A stretch of 64,000 nucleotides of DNA from an uncultured Gemmatimonadales bacterium (GTDB taxonomy: Bacteria; Gemmatimonadota; Gemmatimonadetes; Gemmatimonadales; Gemmatimonadaceae). The stretch spans positions 1-64,000 of the forward strand of contig CAVPQB010000003.1 in the NCBI GenBank assembly GCA_963707505.1, given 5' to 3'. The notes beneath the pieces were generated by a model. It searched no databases. It saw only the letters and a program-made list of their open reading frames with translations, and was not told the DNA's origin. Shown here in pieces: positions 30,604 to 41,079 of the stretch (the stretch's first letter is position 1; every line of letters starts with the position of its first letter). The position numbers were made by a program, and so were the translations under genes.

Positions 30604-31950
30604 TCACGCCGCCAATTCCGTGACTCGCCGCGTCCACAGCACCCGACGCAGTGACACCGGGACGATTCGGTTGGCAGCGAGGAGCAGCAGTGTGGTGTCG
30701 AGTGTGACGCGTGCGGTCCACGCTACGGCTGCTCCCGTTATACCGTACCGTCCGACCAGATACCACGCAAACGGAACGTGAATCACAAGCTCGATCATGT
30801 GAAACTTTGCCGGGACATCGGGCCGTCCAGCTGCTTCGAGAAATGTGTAAGGGATGTGCGCGATGGCATTGATGAGTACGCCGACCGAAAGGACGCGCAG
30901 CGCCATGGCGCCGTGCGCTGCGTAGTCCGGGCCCATCCAGACTTGTAGAATGACCGGAGCGAAGAAGAGCGCGATCGCTGCCGGAATGCTCATCATGATC
31001 AAAAGCGCACGCATGGACGATGCGAAGAGCCGGTCGATGCGACCCGCTGCCGCTACTACACCGAGTCCGGTCAAAAGCGGAAAAAGCGCGCTGATCAGAC
31101 TGTTCGGAATCATGAGGAGGCGTGTTATTCCCTCGTACGGTGCCGTGTAATACCCGACTGCAGTAAGCCCGGATCGCGCTCCAAGCGCGAACCGATCGAA
31201 ATAAACCAGCATCGGACTCACCACACCGGACACCGCGACCCATCCACCGAAACTGATGAGGCTCCGCAGCCTTCTCCAATCGCGCGGTGGCTCGACGCGA
31301 AAGCCGGGAATCACGCGTCGTATTGCATACAGCGTCGCAAGTGATGCGAGCGCGCGCCACGCCAGCACCCACATCAACATGTCAGGTAGCGAATGCCCCA
31401 GCCGGGCCAGAATCGCAGGAATGATTATCGATCCGGCCGACGCCGGAATCTTGATCGCGTTGCTCAGCGTGAAGTGCTGTGCACCTTCCAGCACACCGCG
31501 GAACGTCGTCAGCGCGAGTACCACCGGAAGATTCACCGCGACGACCACGAACAACAGCGACGCCTCGTCGATCAGTCCCGGATCCACACGAAACACGTGC
31601 TGTGCGAGACTTCCGGAGAAGTAGCTGAGTATCGCGGCTGCACAGCACCCGATGATGAGCTGCACGGAGAGCGACACGGAGGTTATCTGCGAGACATCCT
31701 CGGTGCCGCGTGCGATGGAATCGGCAACATAGCGCACCGTCGCCTTGCCCAGCCCCACGTCGAAGAGCGTCAGGTACTCGAGAAATGCCCAGCTGACACC
31801 CAGCAATCCGAATCGTGCCGGACCGAGTGCGTGCGTGAGTGTGGGCAGCACGATTGCGGCGACGACGAGCGGCACCGCGAGCCCAGCAAGATTGAGGAGT
31901 GCATTGCGCCCGACACGCGAACGCAGTGCACGAAATATTTCGTTGCTCAA
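30604..31950 (-). CDS. wzx: Wzx-type flippase A
   Basis: LGPARFG, FDVGLG, FDRFALG...AVGYY; multi-TM MOP-type profile. Confidence 0.85.
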   Translation of the reverse strand: MSNEIFRALRSRVGRNALLNLAGLAVPLVVAAIVLPTLTHALGPARFGLLGVSWAFLEYLTLFDVGLGKATVRYVADSIARGTEDVSQITSVSLSVQLIIGCCAAAILSYFSGSLAQHVFRVDPGLIDEASLLFVVVAVNLPVVLALTTFRGVLEGAQHFTLSNAIKIPASAGSIIIPAILARLGHSLPDMLMWVLAWRALASLATLYAIRRVIPGFRVEPPRDWRRLRSLISFGGWVAVSGVVSPMLVYFDRFALGARSGLTAVGYYTAPYEGITRLLMIPNSLISALFPLLTGLGVVAAAGRIDRLFASSMRALLIMMSIPAAIALFFAPVILQVWMGPDYAAHGAMALRVLSVGVLINAIAHIPYTFLEAAGRPDVPAKFHMIELVIHVPFAWYLVGRYGITGAAVAWTARVTLDTTLLLLAANRIVPVSLRRVLWTRRVTELAA

Positions 31951-31960
31951 GGCAGACGCA

Positions 31961-32962
31961 CTACATCATCCGCTGCTTCCACGTGTTCGGCACCAACGGC
32001 GAGTCGATCTCGATCGGGAGATGGTACTGGAAAGGCCGAGTGCCGTTGGCGCGGATCCATTCGATGATGCTGCGGAGCCCGTCGCGGAGGGAGACCTTGG
32101 TCTCGTAGTCGAGCAGGCGTCGCGCCTTGTCCGCGGAGCACGTAGCGTAGCGCACCTCGCGTGGCCTCTCCGGCACGAAAATCGGATCCAGCGTGAAGTT
32201 CATCAGATCCGCGATCGTGTGCGCCAGCTCGAGGATGGAGATGTATTCCTCGTCGGGGCCGATGTTGATCACCTCGCCGGCGATTCCATCGCGCGTGCCC
32301 ATCTTCATGAGAGGATCGACACAATCCTGCACGAAGGAGAAGCAACGCTTCTGACCGCCGTCGCCGTAAATGATCGGCTGCTCGCCCTTGAGCATGCGGT
32401 TGATCATGATGCTCGCGACGTTGCGATATGGATCGTCGTACTTCTGTTTGGGACCGATGATGTTGTGCGGCACCGCGATGGCGTATTCGAAGCCATGCGT
32501 ATCTGCAACGTTCCTCACCAGCATCTCGGCCGCGTACTTGGCGATGCCGTACGGATCGACAGGCTGCGGCTTTGTGTCTTCGGTGAACGGAGCCTGCGCG
32601 TCGCCGTAGCGCGCCATGCTGGAACAGTTGATGAACCGGCCAACCCTGTTCGATGCGGCACCAACGAGCATGGCAGCGGTGTTCTGATAGACGTGCTGTG
32701 CGATGAGTGCCGGCGAAAACACGCTGAGACCTTCCGTAGCGATCGCCGCGCAGTGATAAACGAGATCGGAGCCGGCCATGAGCCGCTTCATCGCGCCGAC
32801 GTCGCAACAGTCGGCCTGCTCGAACTGAATGCCCTCGGGCAGATTGGAGAGCTCGCCGCCGATCAGGTTATCGCAGCCCACGACGTGGGCGCCCTGCGCC
32901 ACGTAGGACTCGGCGAGATGACTTCCGAGAAAACCGGCCGCGCCGGAGATGAACACTTGCAT
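31961..32962 (-). CDS. NAD-dependent nucleotide-sugar epimerase/dehydratase (extended SDR)
   Basis: GAAGFLG, SSMARYG, YGIAK, YGDGGQKRCF. Confidence 0.88.
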   Translation of the reverse strand: MQVFISGAAGFLGSHLAESYVAQGAHVVGCDNLIGGELSNLPEGIQFEQADCCDVGAMKRLMAGSDLVYHCAAIATEGLSVFSPALIAQHVYQNTAAMLVGAASNRVGRFINCSSMARYGDAQAPFTEDTKPQPVDPYGIAKYAAEMLVRNVADTHGFEYAIAVPHNIIGPKQKYDDPYRNVASIMINRMLKGEQPIIYGDGGQKRCFSFVQDCVDPLMKMGTRDGIAGEVINIGPDEEYISILELAHTIADLMNFTLDPIFVPERPREVRYATCSADKARRLLDYETKVSLRDGLRSIIEWIRANGTRPFQYHLPIEIDSPLVPNTWKQRMM

Positions 32963-33023
32963 GGGCTGAATTTAGCGAGACGTGGCGGAAAACGCCCGCA
33001 GGAATGCGGCGCCGCTCACGCGG

Positions 33024-34541
33024 TCAGTACGCGCCGCTTCTGCTGAAAAGCACCGGGATCGTCTTCAGCATGATCTTGAAGTCGAGTGGTAGCGACCAGT
33101 GCTCGATGTACTCCCGGTCGTAGCGAACGACTTCCTCGAAATCCACCACGTCGCTGCGGCCATTCACCTGCCAGAGACCGGTGATACCGGGCTTGGCGTC
33201 GAGTCTGCGGAAGTGATGATCCTCATACGATTCCAGATCCGACTCGAAGAACGGCCGAGGGCCGACCAGCGACATGTCGCCGATGAGCACGTTCCAGCAC
33301 TGGGGCAGCTCATCGATGCTCCACCGGCGGAGCCACGCGCCGAAGTGAGTCACGCGCGGATCGTTCGGAATCTTGAACAGGCGCGGATCGCCGGTGAGGT
33401 TGAGGTGGGCGAAGTCTTCCTTCTCGTCATCGGCGCCGACGCGCATCGTCCGGAACTTGAGCATCCGGAAGCGCTTGCCCCCCAGTCCGGCACGATCCTG
33501 CCAGAAAAAGATCGGACCTGGGGAATCCAGCCGGATCACCAGCGCGACAGCCGCCATGATCGGCGCCAGTATTACCACGGCGAGCGCGGCGCCGATCACA
33601 TCCACGGCCCGCTTCACAACCAGTGCCTGCGCCTTGAGTAGCGGCGCCCCGAGCTCGAAGAACGGCTCGTCCTTGTGCCAGACGAGCAACGGCCGACGGC
33701 CGGCTATCTGCACCGACCTCGCGGGATACAGAAACTCACACCCTGCCGATAAACTGATGTCCAACACCTCACGGACCTGCTCTTCTTCGAGGTGCGACGC
33801 CACGATTACCGCCTCGGCGCCGACAGAGCTGATCGCGTGCGCAAGTCGCGTGAGAGCCTCACGCTGCTTCCCGTCGCGGCCCAGAGTCAGCGTCCCGATC
33901 GGCCGGTAGTCGCCGCCGAACTCGGTGGTCATCTGGTCGAAGTTCCACTGCTCCGCGTCGGCGCGCTCGACCACGATCGCCGGCGTCGCGCCATTGGGCC
34001 CCGGCCAGATCTCGCGCAGGAACCACTGCGTCAGTCGGCGCTCGGCGGCCAGAATGATCCAGAGTCCTGCCGCGACAACGACGAACAGTTGAAGGGCCAC
34101 CAGTGGGCCGTGAATGGCCACCAGAGGCCACAGAAAGACCGCGGCCGCTACTCCCGAGGCCGCGGCGAGACGCGCGGCCTGATACAGATGCACGCCCCGG
34201 AAATAGTTTCCCGTGACGAGGAGGCTCGCGAGCAGAACGACTGCCGGAGCGGGACCGAACGGGGTCGGAATGCCGCCGAGAAGTGGGACGCTCTCCGAAT
34301 TGGCAAGCGCCCAAACGATCGATTGGATGAGCAGAACTGCCGAAACGTCGGCGACGCCAAGCACGAGGAGGCGCTTGATGAGCCGGACTGCGTGCCGTCG
34401 GACCGCGATCGGGCGGCGTTGACGCAGTACGCGCGCCGGCCATTCAGCTGTTGCGCTGGGAGCTCGGCGGCCTGGTACGGTTTTGGGTAATGAATGGAGC
34501 CTTAATCGCTGCGCTGGCTCGGATGACGAATCAGGCGTCAT
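33024..34541 (-). CDS. Polyprenyl-phosphate glycosylphosphotransferase (WcaJ/WbaP-type initiating sugar transferase)
   Basis: KRAVDV, KFRTM, DPRVT, SIDELPQCWNVLIGDMSLVGPRP, KPGITGLWQV. Confidence 0.92.
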   Translation of the reverse strand: MTPDSSSEPAQRLRLHSLPKTVPGRRAPSATAEWPARVLRQRRPIAVRRHAVRLIKRLLVLGVADVSAVLLIQSIVWALANSESVPLLGGIPTPFGPAPAVVLLASLLVTGNYFRGVHLYQAARLAAASGVAAAVFLWPLVAIHGPLVALQLFVVVAAGLWIILAAERRLTQWFLREIWPGPNGATPAIVVERADAEQWNFDQMTTEFGGDYRPIGTLTLGRDGKQREALTRLAHAISSVGAEAVIVASHLEEEQVREVLDISLSAGCEFLYPARSVQIAGRRPLLVWHKDEPFFELGAPLLKAQALVVKRAVDVIGAALAVVILAPIMAAVALVIRLDSPGPIFFWQDRAGLGGKRFRMLKFRTMRVGADDEKEDFAHLNLTGDPRLFKIPNDPRVTHFGAWLRRWSIDELPQCWNVLIGDMSLVGPRPFFESDLESYEDHHFRRLDAKPGITGLWQVNGRSDVVDFEEVVRYDREYIEHWSLPLDFKIMLKTIPVLFSRSGAY

Positions 34542-34640
34542 GCAGATCGGGCGAAATTGATCGAACGGAGCGGTTGGACATCCTCGCCGGACGACCGGCG
34601 CAAGTATCCGGCCAGATGACCCGCTGTTCCAGCGGTTGCG

Positions 34641-36360
34641 TCACTTGAAGGGGGAATACGAGATGGAGACGCTCGTGTTGTGCACATCCACCATCGCCGC
34701 GCCCTTACAGCCGGAGATGTTCTGGAAGTTGTAGTTCAGCCTGTCGCCGAAGCTCACGTTGCCGGACAGATACCCTCCGCCAACATTGTGTCCTGCGCGA
34801 ACGCCTGGCATGATTGACACGTCGTGATTGCAATACCCAAGATAGGCCGGCCACGTGAAGGTGCTTCGTACATCTTCGTTCCAGCGGATACGATTGAATG
34901 TTACACCAATCGATCCACCAGACCAGATGCGGTCGACAGCGAGCCACTGACTCGAGCCACCGGGGCCGAACGACGCGCCGATGGGTAGCCCGAGCTGAGT
35001 GTAGCCCTGAATCACCCGCCGGCTGGTATAAAAAACGCCGACAGGACGGTTCTTGAAGTCCCCGCTCTGCTCCAGCGTGGTCACCTCGCCCTGAACGCGA
35101 AACGTTGGTTTATCGATTGGTCCGGGCCGTCTGTACTGGAGACCGAGCGTGTACCCCTGCGAGTGGGTCGGATCGACGATGAAGTCATGCAGGGAGGCAG
35201 GCAGCTCCTGGCGCGCCCATTCGGTGTATGCCTCGAAACCATCGTCTGGAAATACCCATCGGGCGAAAAGAGAGAATAGCTGATCGCGGCCGCCGGGCGT
35301 GAGCGACGAATCTGACGGCAGGTGGTTGGCCGGCCGCCCGGTGTTGGCGAGGACGTCGAACCAGCGAAATGGGACAGACCCATATCCACTTGACGTCGCG
35401 TAAACGGCGCGGGTAACGCCCAGCGTGAGCGTGGGTTGAAACGCCGGCTGCCACGTGACCGCTGCTGCGGCAATCGAGCGCACGTCGTTCGCTTTCGTCG
35501 TATCGAAGAATTGCGATTCCGACAGCGCACCCACGAACCAGTGCGCTTCGAAGTCTCCAGCACGCGTTTTGAATGGGTGCGCGGTACGCATCTCCAATCT
35601 GGGAATTCCGGCCGCGTTGTCGCTCATGATTATCGCGTTACGAATACCGGGGCCCCACCACATGTTCTCCGAAGTGGCGCCGATCTCGATCGGACCGGTG
35701 TTGTACCAGATTCCTGACTGGCCGGGAATCACTCGTCCCATCGGGGAGCTGCTGAACCGCCATGGGAGATCCGCCGAATAGGGCTGCGCATACCAGCGAT
35801 TCGCGAAACCACCGCCATCGCGGGACGCCGGAGCGAACGCGAGGTAGTAGTAATAACCGTTCTTGCGCGATATCTGGTCGAAGCGCGCGTTGATAGTCGT
35901 CCAGAACTCAGGTGCTATTACAACGCGAAGTCTTCCCGCTGAAAGCTCCGCTCCGCCAGTCAGGCGCGTGGAAACACCACGTCCGGCCCACATTCCGCCC
36001 TCGTTCAGGGACAGGGGAATCGCGCTGTTGACGGTCATGTGGACGTCTGGTGCCAGCCATTTGAGATGACCGCCGCGCCGGAACGAGAGTGCTGTCGCCG
36101 AAAAGAATCGTCGATGGCGACCGCACGAGGTACGCACCCAGATGGGACGTATCGCCCGCGAGCTGCGCCAGTCGAATTCGGTCGCTGGCGTCCGATGTCG
36201 GATATGTAACCGGACCGATCTGGCGTTGCGGCCTGGCAGACTGCGCCGGGAGTGGCAACGCCGTGACACCAAACGTGAGTGACAGCATCAGCGCCATCCA
36301 CCGAGTGCGTAGCTGCGCGGCCTGCTCGTAGCGAGTAGATTGGGCCGAGCGATGCGACAT
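34641..36360 (-). CDS. Capsule assembly Wzi-like outer-membrane protein (copy 2), frameshift near 36080; start uncertain
   Basis: Signal peptide in 35908..36408; NEGGMWAGRG and ENMWWGPGIRNAIIMSDNAAG in 34641..36272. Confidence 0.72.
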
Positions 36361-36401
36361 ACGTCGCATGGGCGGATCCGTCAGTTTCATTTGCGTCACC
36401 G

Positions 36402-38120
36402 ATGCCAATTTACTCCAACAGGGTCACTCGCAACACCATCCGCAACACCATCCGCAATACCATCCGCGCGTCACTGGCTGTGGGCATCGGGCTGCTTGTC
36501 ATGTCACAGACAGCTGTCGCACAGAGCGAATCCAGTGTTGCCGGCGCGCGAGGTGGAATCCCCGCAGGCTTCGAGCTCGACAACTACGTGCGCTACCTGC
36601 AGACGCTCGGGAAAGTACCGTTGGGCGCGTGGGGGCTGCGACCGTTCTCAGCTCCACAAGTCGATTCTTTGTCGAAGATTAGCGGAGCACACCCGTGGCA
36701 AAGGAGCTGGCTGTTCAAATCCGACAGCGCGCATCATTTCTCGGTGCTGCCACTCGCGGCCAACGTGGGATTCAACAGCGCGTTTCCGTGGGGCAGCAAC
36801 GACGGAGCGGTATGGGCCGGACGCGGAGTGACCACGTCGTTGCAAGGCGGCGTTGCGGCCGCGTGGGGCCCTATATCGCTCGTACTGAATCCGGTAGTGT
36901 TCAGCGCGCAGAACTCATCGTTCAAGCTCCAGCCGAACGGCCAGACCGGTAACGGGCGATTTGCGAACGGGGATTTCCCCTCTGAAGTCGATCTGCCGCA
37001 GCGATTCGGGGACGGAGCTTACTCGCGCTTCGACTGGGGTCAGAGCACGTTGCGCATCGACTGGTTCGGTGTGTCCGCGGGATTCAGTACTGCAAATCAG
37101 TACTGGGGGCCGGCTACGGTTTTTCCCGTCATACTCGGTAACAACGCAGCTGGAATTCCCCACGCATTCCTCGGCACCGAGCGGCCAACGAACATCGGAA
37201 TCGGAAAGGTCCAGGCGCGGGTGGTATACGGGCTCGAGCGACAGTCAGCGTTCTCCCCCGTCGTCGGGCCTGACACGTTCACCGACGCGAATCACGCGGG
37301 GACGAAGCGATTCATGTCGGGCCTCGTCGTAACGTTCTCGCCGGCGCCGATTCCCGGACTGGAGCTCGGTGCGGCGAGGTTCTTTCACCAGGCGTGGTTC
37401 GGGAGTATAGGGTCTGCGGAGCTGAAGTCTCCGTTCGAGGGAATCCTCAAGAGCTCGCTGCCCCGCGGAATCGCGCTGCCTGGGATCGACGACAAGGACG
37501 CGTTGAAGAATCAGCTGGCGTCGTTGTTTGGAAGGTGGGTGTTACCGCACAGCGGGTTCGAGTTGTATGCAGAGTACGGGCACGAGGATCACAACGCGGA
37601 CATACGCGATCTGGAATCGGAGCCGGATCATTCACGGATAGCGATGGTGGGATTCAGGAAGGTGTTTGCGACGAGTGAAACGACGTTTCATGCGTTGAGA
37701 GCGGAGTATATCGACGGAACGGCACCGACGTTGGACGGCATCGGGATGAAGGCTTCATTTATGTGCACGGTCCGTTGCGGCAGGGACATACGGAGGACGG
37801 GCAGCCACTTGGTGCGGATGTCGGAGTCGGGTCGCCGGCGGGTGGCGCAGATTGCGTGGGAGACGTATTCGCCGAGCGGGCGAACGACTTGGTACGTGCA
37901 ACGCACGGCACAGAACAATGAGCTCACACTACTTGCAACCGACACGGTGTCGACGCGAGCCTCTCACTTGTTTGCGACTGTTGGATACGACCGGCATCGA
38001 ATGGGTCGCGCTGTGGATGTTTTTTACGGAGCATCCATTACCGCTGGAAAGCGTGGTGCAGAACTACAGCGCGAAGTCAACGTTAACGCGACACTCGGTC
38101 TGATTGCTCACATCCGATAG
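36402..38120 (+). CDS. Capsule assembly Wzi-like outer-membrane protein (copy 3)
   Basis: Signal peptide; NDGAVWAGRG, DLPQRFG, NQYWGP...ILGNNAAG; probable compensating frameshifts near 37740-37840. Confidence 0.75.
   Translation: MPIYSNRVTRNTIRNTIRNTIRASLAVGIGLLVMSQTAVAQSESSVAGARGGIPAGFELDNYVRYLQTLGKVPLGAWGLRPFSAPQVDSLSKISGAHPWQRSWLFKSDSAHHFSVLPLAANVGFNSAFPWGSNDGAVWAGRGVTTSLQGGVAAAWGPISLVLNPVVFSAQNSSFKLQPNGQTGNGRFANGDFPSEVDLPQRFGDGAYSRFDWGQSTLRIDWFGVSAGFSTANQYWGPATVFPVILGNNAAGIPHAFLGTERPTNIGIGKVQARVVYGLERQSAFSPVVGPDTFTDANHAGTKRFMSGLVVTFSPAPIPGLELGAARFFHQAWFGSIGSAELKSPFEGILKSSLPRGIALPGIDDKDALKNQLASLFGRWVLPHSGFELYAEYGHEDHNADIRDLESEPDHSRIAMVGFRKVFATSETTFHALRAEYIDGTAPTLDGIGMKASFMCTVRCGRDIRRTGSHLVRMSESGRRRVAQIAWETYSPSGRTTWYVQRTAQNNELTLLATDTVSTRASHLFATVGYDRHRMGRAVDVFYGASITAGKRGAELQREVNVNATLGLIAHIR
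36429..36467 (+). repeat. 12-bp tandem repeat x3.25 (CGCAAYACCATC; RNTI x3)
   Basis: cgcaacaccatc cgcaacaccatc cgcaataccatc cgc, read directly. Confidence 0.9.
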
Positions 38121-38131
38121 TGCGGGTGCCG

Positions 38132-39181
38132 TTAGGCGTGTAGCGCCGTTGTGTATTCAGCGCGAGATGCGGTCGCATCGTTTTCAGATCGTGCCTTAGC
38201 TTCCGCCATATACGAACGCAACAGCGCGATCACGATACCAAGCGCGAGGCCACCGAACAACGCCGTAATTACGCGTGCGATAATTCGGCGTGCATCGTGC
38301 TCGACCGGCGCCTCAGGCGGCTCGACGACTGTGAGGACGGGTGTGTCCCGGACCTCATCGATCTTCGCCTTCTCGAAGGCTTGAGCGAGTCCGGAAACGA
38401 CACCCTGTTGCTGCGAGATAGCCCGTTCGAAACGATCTCGCTGCAACGCGAGGGTTGGCGCGCCGGCGGCACGATTCGACACGAGGAACGCCGCGAGTCT
38501 ATCCTCATCCGCGCGCAGCTCAGCTTCGGCGCCATTGAGCTGTTGTTCAACGAAATTCCGCTCGGCCCGCGCCTGCGATTGCCGCTTTGCAAGGTTGAAG
38601 TCCTGAATCTGCGCTAACATCGCTGCAGCAATCTCACGCGAAAGTGCAGGGTCGATCGATGTTACACGGAGCACTACCAGACCCGATCGAGTCGAGACGG
38701 TGGCGTCGACCATATTGGTCAAAGCGCGCACGGCCTCGTCCAGTTGACGCGGCGCCGAGTGATCAGGATGCGCATATAGCTGGATGAGTGAGCCGGAGAA
38801 TTTGCCGGTATCCGACATGAACTCGAATTTCTGGCGAACGACCGCCTCCAGTATGGGTCGCGTCTGCACGAGATCGGTATAAAATTGGGGTGACTGCGTC
38901 GGATCACCTTGTAGGGCGCTGAGCCCTAATTGTGCGGCGAGTCCACTGCCGAGGCTCTCGCCGCTCCGAGGTTGTGGAAAAAAAGTCAGCTCACTGGTGT
39001 AGGTGAGCGGCTTCAATAGCCCAAAAACACCGGTTGCAACGGCGATGACGCCGGTGACAAGCAGTATCAGGCGGCTCGACTGACGCAGCACTCGCCAGAT
39101 TTCACCAAGCGAGATGGGCCGAATATCGTCCGGAGCGCTGGCCGGATTTCGCGAGAACGTTGGAGTAGGTGTCGCCGTCAT
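38132..39181 (-). CDS. Wzz/GumC-like polysaccharide co-polymerase B (no kinase domain)
   Basis: Same layout as 24063..25157: SPQFY vs SPEFY, FNL...ARA.R and AKIDE...LTVVE are shared. Confidence 0.75.
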   Translation of the reverse strand: MTATPTPTFSRNPASAPDDIRPISLGEIWRVLRQSSRLILLVTGVIAVATGVFGLLKPLTYTSELTFFPQPRSGESLGSGLAAQLGLSALQGDPTQSPQFYTDLVQTRPILEAVVRQKFEFMSDTGKFSGSLIQLYAHPDHSAPRQLDEAVRALTNMVDATVSTRSGLVVLRVTSIDPALSREIAAAMLAQIQDFNLAKRQSQARAERNFVEQQLNGAEAELRADEDRLAAFLVSNRAAGAPTLALQRDRFERAISQQQGVVSGLAQAFEKAKIDEVRDTPVLTVVEPPEAPVEHDARRIIARVITALFGGLALGIVIALLRSYMAEAKARSENDATASRAEYTTALHA

Positions 39182-39198
39182 TGTGGGATGCCTCAAAC

Positions 39199-41070
39199 TT
39201 ACGGAGTGGGAAGCGAAATACGATGCTCTCGGCGCCACAACTCAAACATTAGCAGCGCGTACAGCCGCTGCGCATTGTGAGCGCCGGCCCGCTGACCTGC
39301 AATCAGCGCCGTGACCGCGTCGGCGTTGAACGCCGCGGTCTGGCCGTCATCCAGGAGAACATCATGCAGCATCTCGCGCCAAGGGCCAGCAAACCAGGTC
39401 GCCAGGGGAATGGAGAACCCCTGCTTTCGCTTGCGATCGAAGCCAGTTGGGAGCCGTCGCGTTGCCAGCTCTCTGAGGAGAATCTTGCGCTTGCGGGCGG
39501 TCGCACGCAGCGTCGCTGGCACTCGCCCAAATGCAAACTCAACGACACGCCGATCGAGAAACGGCGCCCGGATTTCTAGTGACGCCATCATACTCGCGCG
39601 ATCGACCTTGACCAGCAAGTCGTCCGGCAAATATGTAAGAAAGTCGACGCGCGCGCTTGCGGCAGCCGCGTTGCCTTCCGCTTCGCGAGCAAACTGCATC
39701 TTATCGCACTCCGGGCGTCCACTACCAGCTGTGGGCAGCCAATGACCTGCCAGGAGCAGCCTTGCATCAGGCGAGAACAGGAGATTTGCACGTGCGATAC
39801 TCCCGGCGACGCTTTCGCCGAGCCCCATCGCCTGGTTGCGTCCCCGCGTGCCAATCGGACGGCGTTCTGCCGCGTGGGCAACCACTCGTCTCAACGGCGC
39901 TGGACTGAACGCTCTCGCGATCTGCTGTTGTCGCAACCATGAGTAATGCGGATAACCTCCGAACAGTTCGTCGCCCCCGTCGCCGCCTATTGCCACTGTG
40001 GCGAACGGCCGGATCAGTCGCGACACCAAGTAAGTAGGGACGGCAGAGGAATCACCGAGTGGCTCGTCATATTGACGCGCGAGCGTCGGCAGCATGTCAG
40101 CGCTCACATCGTCGGCTGATAGTTCGGTGTGGTTTGTGCCGAAATGAGCTGCAACGCGTGCGGCATGGGCGGATTCATCGAATGCGCTGTGCGCCGGAAA
40201 CGTCACAGTGAACGTGCGAAGAGTGGAGCCGGCGACAGTGCTCGCGTATGCAGTGAGCAGACTCGAATCCAGTCCGCCGCTGAGCAGGACACCAATGGGG
40301 ACGTCCGAAATCAATTGTCTACGAACGGCGTCGGAGAGCAGTACGTCGAGTTCGGCGACCAGGTCACCCGTGGAGCCGACTCGTCCGGATGGACACGGCA
40401 GTCGCCAATATGTCTGCTGCTCCCCGCCCGACACTCGCCCGTGCCACTCGAAGTGACCCGGCATAACCTTATGCACACCAGCGAAGATGCAGAGATCGCG
40501 TGGCACATAGCCGTAAGCCAGATACCATTCCATAGCATCTGCTGAGATCTCGCGTGGGAAGTCTCGATGTACGAGCATGGCCTTGAGCTCAGACGCGAAG
40601 GCCACGCCGTTCTGACTGCGCCACACATAAAGCGGCTTCTCACCGGCTCGGTCCCGTGCAAGCAACAGGCGGTTGGACCGCGCATCGTACGCGGCAATTG
40701 CGAACATTCCGTCTAGGCGACGAAGCGCGTCCTCGCCCCACTCCGCAATGGCATGGAGAACGACTTCCGTATCACCCGCTGACACGAACGTGTAACCGAG
40801 CGACCGAAGTTCCTCGCGGACTTCGCGAAAGTTGTAGATCTCGCCATTAAATACGATCGTGATCGAGCCGTCAGGGGTCGACATCGGCTGACTTGATGCA
40901 TCTGACAGGTCGATGACAGCAAGCCGGCGATGCCCGAGTCCTACCGTACGATCGCTCGAGATCCATATCCCTTCCTGATCCGGCCCGCGATGCGCCAGAC
41001 AGCTTGTGCCCGCGACGAGCCAGTCACGATCAGCGCCGCCGACGCGCATCTCACCCGCGATTCCACACAT
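39199..41070 (-). CDS. asnB: Asparagine synthase-like glutamine amidotransferase (polysaccharide amidation)
   Basis: MCGIAG Ntn start, HRGPD, FNGEIYN, LSGGLDSS, GDGGDELFGGY, KVDRASM. Confidence 0.93.
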   Translation of the reverse strand: MCGIAGEMRVGGADRDWLVAGTSCLAHRGPDQEGIWISSDRTVGLGHRRLAVIDLSDASSQPMSTPDGSITIVFNGEIYNFREVREELRSLGYTFVSAGDTEVVLHAIAEWGEDALRRLDGMFAIAAYDARSNRLLLARDRAGEKPLYVWRSQNGVAFASELKAMLVHRDFPREISADAMEWYLAYGYVPRDLCIFAGVHKVMPGHFEWHGRVSGGEQQTYWRLPCPSGRVGSTGDLVAELDVLLSDAVRRQLISDVPIGVLLSGGLDSSLLTAYASTVAGSTLRTFTVTFPAHSAFDESAHAARVAAHFGTNHTELSADDVSADMLPTLARQYDEPLGDSSAVPTYLVSRLIRPFATVAIGGDGGDELFGGYPHYSWLRQQQIARAFSPAPLRRVVAHAAERRPIGTRGRNQAMGLGESVAGSIARANLLFSPDARLLLAGHWLPTAGSGRPECDKMQFAREAEGNAAAASARVDFLTYLPDDLLVKVDRASMMASLEIRAPFLDRRVVEFAFGRVPATLRATARKRKILLRELATRRLPTGFDRKRKQGFSIPLATWFAGPWREMLHDVLLDDGQTAAFNADAVTALIAGQRAGAHNAQRLYALLMFELWRREHRISLPTP

Positions 41071-41079
41071 ATCGGGCTT

